A DNA stretch of 32,000 nt, from the NCBI RefSeq assembly GCF_900167395.1, contig NZ_FUWK01000003.1:120001-152000 (forward strand), given 5' to 3'. Shown piece by piece: positions 8,999-16,661 of this stretch. Below the pieces are notes generated by a model. That model worked only from the letters and a program-made list of their open reading frames with translations. It was not told the DNA's origin and did not search any database. The stretch's first letter is position 1, and every line of letters starts with the position of its first letter. The DNA comes from Nitrosomonas europaea. GTDB taxonomy: Bacteria; Pseudomonadota; Gammaproteobacteria; Burkholderiales; Nitrosomonadaceae. Position numbers and translations under genes: made by a program.

Positions 8999-10312
8999 AT
9001 GCAGAAACAAAGAAGCGGGTGGAAACTGATTCCGGCTGTGATCGCCTTGCACGCCATGCCGGTACTGGCAACCAATGGTCATGTTCTTCACGGGGTTGGC
9101 GCCATCAACCAGTCCATGGGCGGGGCCGGGATTGCGACATCGATCGATGTGATCGGTGCAAACTATAATAATGTGTCATCCATCTCGTTTCTCACCGGAA
9201 ACGCGCTCGAATTATCCGTAGAACTCTTTGCGCCCGACCGGAGCCATACCGGAGTCATCAGTGGCGGCCCTGCCGGTACGGTGGACAGCGAGATCCGTGC
9301 GGCGCTTCTGCCTGCTTTTGGCGTGGTATACCGGACACAGAGTCCCTGGACATTCGGATTCTCGGCACTGGGTATTGCGGGATTTGGTGTGGATTACCCG
9401 GCCAATAATCCGGATCCCGGCGGAAATTTCAATCCTCTGGCCCTGCCGCAGTCATTGGGCGGGTTTGGCGCGGTTTACTCGGATTACCGGGTATTGCAGA
9501 TGACGCCTTCGGCAGCGTATCAGGTGACGCCGGATTTATCGCTCGGTGTAGGAGTGAATATCGATTGGGCCTCACTGGTAACCGATCCCTGGCCGGCGGC
9601 TGTTCCCAATGCATCTGGTTTTCCGACAGGCACACGGGATGCATCTGCGTGGGGATGGGGGTTCACCCTCGGTGCAACCTACAAGCTGTTCGATCACCTG
9701 ATGTTGGGTCTGGTATTCAAGAGCCCGCAGTGGTTCGGCAATTTTTCCTGGAATTCTTAGCATCCTGATGGGACGCCAACGAATTTCCGTTTTCGACTGG
9801 ACTATCCCATGATCGTCGGTGGTGGCGTGAGTTATCGGCCCGTTGCGCCATTATTGCTGGCGCTCGATGTCAAGTGGATCAATTACAGCGGTACCAGGGG
9901 ATTTGAACAGAAGAACTGGGCAATGACCGCTTCGGGGCCGTTTGTTCAGGGGTTCGGATGGCGAGATATCTGGACGGTATCACTCGGTGCACAGTATAAG
10001 GTTACGCCTGCTTTTGCCGTGCGTGCGGGGTATAACTATGGTGGAAATCCCATTTCTGCCGGACAGCAGTTTTTCAACGTATTTGCTCCGGCCATCGTCC
10101 GCCATCACCTCACTGCGGGTGCCGGCTACGAGCTGACCCGCCGGCTGGGACTGAATTTCTCCTACTATCACGCTTTTGCGGCGGAACAGTCCGGCGCTTT
10201 CATCAGTAATGGTACAGGTGCTGTCCCGATCAACCAGCCGATTCCCGGAACGCGGATAACCAACCGGCTGCATGAGAACTCAGTCGCAGTGCAAATCACT
10301 TACAAATTCTGA
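8999..10312 (+). pseudogene. FadL/TodX-family outer-membrane hydrophobic-compound channel, interrupted by one in-frame TAG (9758..9760)
   Basis: ORFs 8999..9760 and 9809..10312 are in the same frame (810 nt apart). The codons between them are open (HPDGTPTNFRFRLDYP). The N-terminal piece has a signal peptide (AVIALHAMPVLA/TNG) and the glycine-rich start GVGAINQSMGGAG. The C-terminal piece ends in the OMP signature ...VAVQITYKF. The combined length of ~437 aa is normal for the family. Confidence 0.8.
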
Positions 10313-10404
10313 TTTTTTCCGGGTATGAGCTTTTACATCGTTTCACCGGCTGTACCTGCTCGCAATGTTTTTTAACATCAGGGAGCGGGATGTTCCAGAG
10401 ATCG

Positions 10405-13400
10405 TTATTGGCAGTGCCTGCAACCCGGCCCGGCTAATACACTTCTTCCGCCTGATCGGGGGATGACCTGAATGCGGGTGCTGATGCGTTCCTGCAGGAC
10501 GGTAACATGGGAAATGATCCCGATCAGTTTGCCTTCCTGCTGCAAGTGGGCGAGTGTCTCCAGCGCAGTATCGAGCGCTTCCTCGTCCAGTGTTCCGAAA
10601 CCTTCATCCAGAAACAGGGAATCGACCCGGATGTTGCGGCTCACCATGCGGGAAAGGCCAAGCGCCAGCGACAGGCTGATGAGGAAGCTTTCTCCTCCCG
10701 AAAGATTCTTGGTGGACCGGATTTCGCCAGCCTGGTAGTTGTCGATGACGTTGAGCTCCAGCGGCCGGACCGGATCGCGGATCAGCAGATAACGGTCGGA
10801 CAGTTTTTGCAGCTGCCGGTTGGCGTGGCGGATCATGACTTCGAAAGTCAGTCCCTGGGCAAAGTTGCGGTATTTTTTGCCATCTGCTGAGCCGATGAGG
10901 CCATGCAGCAGATCCCAGCGGGCACACTCCCGTTTCTGTGCCTCGATTACCTGCAGCTGTTCCTGCTGTTTTTGTTTGCTGTTTTCGTTATCTGCAAGCT
11001 TTTGCCGTAGTCCGCCGATTTCCTGTTGTAGTACCTGCTGACGGGTGATCAGTTGTGCCAGTACCTGGTCGTGAAAATCCCGGGGCTGGTCTGTCATGGA
11101 CTTCAGTTGTTCAGCTTGTAACGCAATCGTTTTATCTTTTTGCCGGGTATCCAGCATGGTTTTCTCATCCGCAAGCTGTTGAGCGCGCTGTGCAAGGCGT
11201 CTGCGTTCTTCTTCCGGCAGACAGGCAGCGGTAAAGCCCGCTTCATCAGCAAATCCGGATTGAGTGAGCCGTGCAGCAAAGGTTTCCTGCAGCTTTTCTA
11301 ACTGTACGGCGCGGGTGGTGATGGTTTTTACCAGATCTTCTGCCCGGTTTTTCAATCGGTTGTACTGTTGTATTTCTGTTTCCAACTGCTGACGAGCGTT
11401 ATCTGCTGATTTTTGTGCTGCCTCTATTGCGGTGGTTAATGACTGTTCTTCCTGATCGGGCTGTTTGTCAGCAAACAACTGAAGGCGTGTTGTGCGCAGA
11501 TTGCCAAGTTCCTGCTGGAGCTGATCGAGTTGTTCCTGTCGCAATTGCAGTTCTGCTTCGTGTTGCCGGATCTGTGTGGACTGATGCTGGTGCTGCACCC
11601 TCAGTATCCCGATTTTTTGCTCAAGTTCTCTGGTTTTATCCAGAGATTCACGCTGCACACTGATTTCGTTTTCCAGTATCTCTGCTGTTTGCAGAATACG
11701 GGTCATTCGGGCCAGTTTGTCATCTGTTTCCTGCAGCAACCGAGGCAGTTCCGGAAACATGGCGGCAGATGGCAGGCCGGGGAACAATGATACGGCGCAT
11801 TGCTGCAGCAGTGTTTCATCCGCCTGAATCTGTCTGTGGATTTCCTGCTGTCTGCAGGCGGTCTGTTCGATGTCCCTGTTTGTTTCCGCTTGTCTGATTT
11901 TTAATGTCGAGATAGTGTCGATCCGGGTTTTCAGCATCGTTCTTGCCTGATTCAGCGCCGTGATATTGTCATCCGGCCGGGGGGTATTTCCTGCTGCATA
12001 AGGATGTTGCAGCGCGCCACACAACGGGCAGGGCTCATCATCTTTCAGCTGTTGTCTGGCCTCTTCAAGGTGGCTGATTTTTTTGAGCAGCAGCGCCTGT
12101 GTTTCGAGCAGGCTGATTTCCCGCTCAAGTGCGCCCAGCATTTCTTCCTCGGCTCCGAGTTGCTTCGCAAGCTGTGTTTTTCCGGCCAGCAGCGAACAGG
12201 TGTGTTTTTCCAGTTCGGCAGAAATCTGCTTCGATGCAGCCAGTGATTGCATGGCTTCAATCGCCCGGGTTGCAAGCGTTTTTTGCCCGGACAGTACCGC
12301 GATTTCCTGTCGCCAGTCTGCCAGGCTTCGGTTTTCGAGCAGTTGCCTGTATTCAGCCTGTTTCCGGTTCAACAGGTTTTGGTTATGTGCAAAATCCATT
12401 TGTGCTCCATCCGGCTGAATGACGTGGAGCTGTTGTAATAAACCGGCCAGTGTCGTTTGCAGTCCGGCAAGCTGGATTTCATTTTGCTGATACTGGTTTC
12501 GCAGAGCAGCGAGTGTTTTTTTCTGTGCTGTAATTCCTTTGCTTGCCGTGCTGATGGGAGATTCTTTTTCCCGGATCTGAATATCCAGTTCCCGTACTTT
12601 GCGGAGCAGCGGGATGGTTTCCCGCTGTTTTGCCCGCTGGCGATCACATTGTTCATTGAGGGATTTCAGGGATTGTTCGGCCTGTTTGACGGCCTGTTCA
12701 AGCCCGGCCAGGGAGGCAGCGCAGATAGCCAGATTATTCCGGTCAGTTTCCTGTTCATTCCGGATCGAAGTGAGTCTGCTGTATTCACCAAGCAGCTCGA
12801 GCGCACGGCTGGCGCTGTCGAGCTTGCTGATGTCAGGAGTCAGCGCTTCTTTCCGGCTTAACCATGCTTGCTGTTGTCCGGCGATCAGATGCAATTCCGA
12901 TTCGAGGCGGGCGATGTTCTCCAGCCAGACAAGGATTTGTCGCTCGTGCGCAATCTGCTCATTCAATCCGGCATCCTGCTGAATTTTTTGTGCAAGATCA
13001 GTGTGAAACTGTTGTTCATCGGCCCTGGTCAGCGGTTGTATACCATTGAGACCGGCGGATAGCCGATCCAGCTCCCGGCGTGCGGATACCCGGGTTTCAT
13101 GCACACGGATGGAAATGCGGCTGTATATTTCAGTGCCGGTGATCTGTTCCAGAATCGGAGCACGTTCATCCGGCGCCGCCTGCAGGAATGCAGCAAATTC
13201 TCCCTGCGCCAGCAACATGGAGCGAGTGAAGCGGGCAAAATCCATTCCGGTGATTTTCTCAATCTGTCTGCCGACTTCTGTAAGCCGGGTTTCCAGTATC
13301 TTTCCGGAATCAGCTTCAGCCAGCTCATGCCGGGGATTCTGTAATTCTCCATCCGGTTTTTTGTGGGCCCGGTGCTGGCTCCAGTGGCACCGGAAGCAGC

Positions 13401-13668
13401 CGGACTGAGCAGCAAAAGTTACTTCGGCAAAGCATTCACCTGTCTGCCGCGACATGATTTCATTTTCACTTTTGCTGACTTTTCCGAGGCGAGGGGTACG
13501 TCCATATAGCGCCAGACAAATTGCATCGAGCACCGTCGTTTTACCTGCACCGGTCGGGCCGGTAATCGAAAAAATACCATCCGATACAAAAGCGGGATCG
13601 GTGAAATCGATTTCCCATTCGCCGACCAGTGAATTCAGATTCTTGAGGCGTACCTGCAATATCTGCAT
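10405..13668 (-). CDS. sbcC: exonuclease SbcCD, ATPase subunit SbcC (SMC/Rad50-like)
   Basis: 1087 aa. N-terminal Walker A (LKNLNSLVGEWEIDFTD...FSITGPTGAGKTTVLDAICLALYG), very long Q/E/L-rich coiled coil, central zinc hook CPLCG (DDEPCPLCGALQHPY), and C-terminal signature and Walker B (LSGGESFLISLSLALGLS...LFLDEGFGTLD). Confidence 0.93.
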   Translation of the reverse strand: MQILQVRLKNLNSLVGEWEIDFTDPAFVSDGIFSITGPTGAGKTTVLDAICLALYGRTPRLGKVSKSENEIMSRQTGECFAEVTFAAQSGCFRCHWSQHRAHKKPDGELQNPRHELAEADSGKILETRLTEVGRQIEKITGMDFARFTRSMLLAQGEFAAFLQAAPDERAPILEQITGTEIYSRISIRVHETRVSARRELDRLSAGLNGIQPLTRADEQQFHTDLAQKIQQDAGLNEQIAHERQILVWLENIARLESELHLIAGQQQAWLSRKEALTPDISKLDSASRALELLGEYSRLTSIRNEQETDRNNLAICAASLAGLEQAVKQAEQSLKSLNEQCDRQRAKQRETIPLLRKVRELDIQIREKESPISTASKGITAQKKTLAALRNQYQQNEIQLAGLQTTLAGLLQQLHVIQPDGAQMDFAHNQNLLNRKQAEYRQLLENRSLADWRQEIAVLSGQKTLATRAIEAMQSLAASKQISAELEKHTCSLLAGKTQLAKQLGAEEEMLGALEREISLLETQALLLKKISHLEEARQQLKDDEPCPLCGALQHPYAAGNTPRPDDNITALNQARTMLKTRIDTISTLKIRQAETNRDIEQTACRQQEIHRQIQADETLLQQCAVSLFPGLPSAAMFPELPRLLQETDDKLARMTRILQTAEILENEISVQRESLDKTRELEQKIGILRVQHQHQSTQIRQHEAELQLRQEQLDQLQQELGNLRTTRLQLFADKQPDQEEQSLTTAIEAAQKSADNARQQLETEIQQYNRLKNRAEDLVKTITTRAVQLEKLQETFAARLTQSGFADEAGFTAACLPEEERRRLAQRAQQLADEKTMLDTRQKDKTIALQAEQLKSMTDQPRDFHDQVLAQLITRQQVLQQEIGGLRQKLADNENSKQKQQEQLQVIEAQKRECARWDLLHGLIGSADGKKYRNFAQGLTFEVMIRHANRQLQKLSDRYLLIRDPVRPLELNVIDNYQAGEIRSTKNLSGGESFLISLSLALGLSRMVSRNIRVDSLFLDEGFGTLDEEALDTALETLAHLQQEGKLIGIISHVTVLQERISTRIQVIPRSGGRSVLAGPGCRHCQ

Positions 13669-13782
13669 GTGTTATTTTCGTTCCTGATTTCCGTTGATGA
13701 TGATCAAAACAAGCTGCTGTTTTATAAAAATATAGTTGTCTTATGGTAATCAGATGCTGTCAAGCATACGTCTAAAAAATTC

Positions 13783-13811
13783 TTGACAGGGCATATCGTA
13801 TCTGGTATCAA
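13783..13811 (+). promoter_or_regulatory. sigma70-type promoter candidate for the small lipoprotein gene
   Basis: TTGACA (13783..13788), a 17-nt spacer, then TATCAA (13806..13811), about 90 nt upstream of the ATG at 13900, in an AT-rich intergenic region. Confidence 0.4.
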
Positions 13812-13899
13812 ATAGATGTCTTTCTAAAAAGGGGACAGTAAGTCAGAACTGTTGGAAGAACTATATTGTGAATGTACTTTTTCTTATAGGAGACTGAAA

Positions 13900-14058
13900 A
13901 TGAAACTCGTACTCGTCATCTCAACACTGTTGTTCGCAGCTACTACATTGACTGCATGTATGGATCCCAAACCAGGTCAATATCCTCCAAGCATGTCAAT
14001 GGAACGTGATTCCATGCCTGACAATGTAGATAAAGCAGAACAAAATAGTGAGAAATAA
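13900..14058 (+). CDS. small lipoprotein (52 aa), function unknown
   Basis: MKLVLVISTLLFAATTLTAC has a signal peptide with the lipobox L-T-A-C. A strong SD (TAGGAG, 13887..13892) lies 7 nt before the ATG, and an intrinsic terminator follows directly. Start taken at the internal Met of ORF 13852..14058. Confidence 0.6.
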   Translation: MKLVLVISTLLFAATTLTACMDPKPGQYPPSMSMERDSMPDNVDKAEQNSEK

Positions 14059-14077
14059 AATATGACAATACAAATAT

Positions 14078-14104
14078 AACCGCCCTTCACGGGCGGTTTT
14101 TTAT
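14078..14104 (+). terminator. Rho-independent terminator
   Basis: Perfect 8-bp stem AACCGCCC / GGGCGGTT with a 5-nt loop (TTCAC), followed by TTTTATT, 20 nt after the lipoprotein stop codon. Confidence 0.75.
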
Positions 14105-14336
14105 TGGGCGCTTAATATTCATACCTGTTTTCCGTGGCTCAGCACTATAAGACCCGCCACGGTAAAAGAGATATTACAGATACTGACGAATCATCTTTGC
14201 AAATACCTGTAGTGTGATGCGTGGCCGGTATGAAGTCGAACCAACCATCTAATTTACCATATTCGGATTACGGGCCATTTTAGGTCGTTTGCCGATCAAT
14301 TCGACAGCGTGTTCCAGTCAGAATTGGAGGAATGCT

Positions 14337-14993
14337 ATGACCGCAGTAAAAATTCCGGCGGGTACAGTCGATGCAATTGAACTTGGCGGCGAACTGGTAG
14401 TACCGCCGGCTGCAACAGGTATCGTGCTGTTTGCGCATGGCAGCGGCAGCAGTCGTTTCAGCCCGCGTAACACCTATGTTGCAAAAGTGTTGCAACAGCA
14501 AGGCATGGGCACTTTGCTGTTTGATTTGCTGACACATGCGGAAGATCAGAATCATGTCCTGCGCTTTGATATCGGCCTGTTGACACAGCGTTTGCTCGCA
14601 GCGACGGCCTGGTTGCAAGAGTATTCCGAAACAAAGGCGTTGAAGATCGGTTATTTCGGTGCCAGTACCGGTGCTGCTGCGGCACTGCAGGCGGCGGCCG
14701 AAATGAGAACTGCTGTTGCCGCTGTGGTATCACGTGGTGGACGCCCTGATCTGGCAGGAGAAGCCGCTTTGAGCCGGGTGGTTGCGCCAACCTTATTGAT
14801 CGTTGGTGGTGCGGATTACGGTGTGATCGAATTGAATGAGCAGGCTTACGCCATGCTGAGATGCAGAAAACGATTGAGCCTGGTGCCGGGCGCCACTCAC
14901 TTGTTTGAAGAGCCGGGTGCGCTGGAACAGGCTGCCAGCCTGGCAGCCGACTGGTTAGCGGAATATTTGTGTGATCAAGTGGAAGAGGACTGA
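14337..14993 (+). CDS. alpha/beta hydrolase, dienelactone hydrolase family
   Basis: MTAVKIPAGTVDAIELGGELVVPPAATGIVLFAHGSGSSRFSPRN..., nucleophile elbow GASTG (IGYFGASTGAAAAL), LLIVGGADY and a late GATHLFEEPG histidine motif. SD GGAGG at 14326..14330. Start at the internal Met of ORF 14289..14993. Confidence 0.8.
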   Translation: MTAVKIPAGTVDAIELGGELVVPPAATGIVLFAHGSGSSRFSPRNTYVAKVLQQQGMGTLLFDLLTHAEDQNHVLRFDIGLLTQRLLAATAWLQEYSETKALKIGYFGASTGAAAALQAAAEMRTAVAAVVSRGGRPDLAGEAALSRVVAPTLLIVGGADYGVIELNEQAYAMLRCRKRLSLVPGATHLFEEPGALEQAASLAADWLAEYLCDQVEED

Positions 14994-15051
14994 TTCATCA
15001 TGGCTGCCAAACCCTGAAATTGAATTTCCCGAGTGAGTTGCATTTTGATGG

Positions 15052-16293
15052 CTACTCAGCCCTGATATCCTCTTCATCGAGAGAAACGAGGGTTTCCTGA
15101 TAGGTGCGCCACAGTTCTGTTCGCTGTTCCACCGGGATGGCCGCGGCTGACAGACAATGCTCGAATACCTCGTTGACACTGAGCTCTTCCAGTGTTCCGC
15201 CATCATCGATCTGATCGAGTATCTGGTTCATGATCCGGTTATTTCTGATGCGCAAAATTTCCAGTCGTGACCCCTCGATGGCTGATTGCAGACGTTCCTG
15301 CAGATCGGTGATCATTTCGTCGCCTTCATAATTGATTTCCAGCCAGGCGCAGGAGTTCGCTGCAGAAAGCATGGATATCCTGTCTGAGATTACCTGCCAG
15401 TTTCCTCTGATACGTTCAAGTGGCTGGAAAACCGGGATATTGATCAGGCTGACAGCAGGGCGGGTTGCAGAAATCTGCCGGTTGAATTCAATCAAACAAA
15501 CGCTCTTTTCCTGATCGGCCTCACCGAAGCCTATCGGCAGAGGAGAGCCGCTGTAGCGCATGACGGAGGAGCCATTGACACGTTGTGGAACATGCAGGTG
15601 GCCAAGCGCCAGATAATCGATATCAGGTGGAAAAATTCCGGCCGGAACATGCGCCAGTGATCCGACATACAATTCCCGTACGCCATCGCCTTCAACAGTC
15701 TGTCCGCCGGCAACAAACAAATGCCCCATCGCGATAATCGGGATGGACGATGAAAGTGCAGTGCGCTGCAGCCTGGCCAGGTTGATTACCTCGGCATAAT
15801 GGTCACGTATTCCCTCGACCAGTTTGCGCGATTTGTCTTCCATACTTTCTCCCGCCTCTGCCGTGCGGATATCCCGATCCCGCAAATGTGGAACGGCGCA
15901 GACGATCAGTTCCGCATCACCCTTCGGATCATGGAGAACCAGTATTTCATCTGCCGGGTTGCCGGACAGACTGCCTGTGACGTGCACATCCAGTGCTCTG
16001 AGTAATTCCCGGGGAGCGCTGAGAAAGGAAGGAGAATCATGATTCCCCGCGATGATGACGACATGCCGGCAGGCGGAGGCGGCAACGCGGTGCAGAAAAC
16101 GGTAATACAGCTGCTGTGACCGGTTGCCCGGGGTACTGGTATCAAAAATATCACCCGCAATCAGCAATACATCGACTTGCTCCTGCTCGATCGTTTCCAC
16201 CAGCCAGCTGAAAAAGGCTTCAAATTCATCATACCGTTTGTGGCCATATAAGGTCTTGCCGATATGCCAGTCAGAGGTGTGAAGAATTTTCAT
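15052..16293 (-). CDS. sbcD: exonuclease SbcCD, nuclease subunit SbcD (Mre11-like)
   Basis: MKILHTSDWHIGKTLYGHKRYDEFEAFFSWL...LLIAGDIFD...VIIAGNHDS...IAMGHLFV...YLALGHLH are the calcineurin-like phosphoesterase motifs (DxH, GDxxD, GNHD, GH, GHxH), collinear with E. coli SbcD as I recall it. Confidence 0.95.
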   Translation of the reverse strand: MKILHTSDWHIGKTLYGHKRYDEFEAFFSWLVETIEQEQVDVLLIAGDIFDTSTPGNRSQQLYYRFLHRVAASACRHVVIIAGNHDSPSFLSAPRELLRALDVHVTGSLSGNPADEILVLHDPKGDAELIVCAVPHLRDRDIRTAEAGESMEDKSRKLVEGIRDHYAEVINLARLQRTALSSSIPIIAMGHLFVAGGQTVEGDGVRELYVGSLAHVPAGIFPPDIDYLALGHLHVPQRVNGSSVMRYSGSPLPIGFGEADQEKSVCLIEFNRQISATRPAVSLINIPVFQPLERIRGNWQVISDRISMLSAANSCAWLEINYEGDEMITDLQERLQSAIEGSRLEILRIRNNRIMNQILDQIDDGGTLEELSVNEVFEHCLSAAAIPVEQRTELWRTYQETLVSLDEEDIRAE

Positions 16294-16661
16294 GGAATGA
16301 TCAAAATTCGGTAAGGGAGCCCGGAATCTGTTGTAACTGATCCTTATCTCGGGAAATGAAGGGTTGTAACCGGTTACTTCAAAAGTTTACTTCAGCATGT
16401 AAAGACTTATCCTTTCCAGGAATCATATATATATGTTTATGGCATAAAGACGAGATCGGCAGGCCCGGCGGAAAGTTTTGCAGACGGACTGCAGCGTTGA
16501 GCTCATTGTGAAGGAGCCAGCCATTCACTGCCTCACTCGCCTTGTATCCCATCTGCGAAATACAGTGTGCGGCCATGTGGGACTTGATCAGAGGTTTCCT
16601 AAGTAAAAGCTGCATTCAAAGTTACCGGGAATGACACGGTGTCGTTTTAGAAGGATAAAAA

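Noticed and set aside
9758-9760. In-frame TAG in the FadL-family gene as programmed recoding (pyrrolysine or read-through).
   Set aside because: No pyl-type context is expected in this kind of genome, no downstream structure is evident, and other genes in the window terminate normally. A nonsense mutation or a base-call error is far more parsimonious.
13700-15010. Possible terminal inverted repeat or target-site duplication at the borders of the sbcD/sbcC insert (ATGATGA motifs near 13707 and 14998).
   Set aside because: Only a 7-mer is shared, in a region where chance matches are expected. No transposase, integrase or longer terminal repeats are present.
16467-16480. ops/JUMPStart-like sequence GGCGGAAAGTTTTG upstream of the PKS-export block, suggesting RfaH-type antitermination as in capsule operons.
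   Set aside because: It matches only the GGCGG core of the ops consensus GGCGGTAG as I recall it; the TAG part is missing. That is not enough to call.
16379-16615. 78-aa minus-strand ORF in the sbcD/PKS intergenic region.
   Set aside because: No SD, no recognisable motif, and a composition typical of AT-rich non-coding DNA. It would also sit awkwardly inside the likely promoter/leader of the PKS operon.
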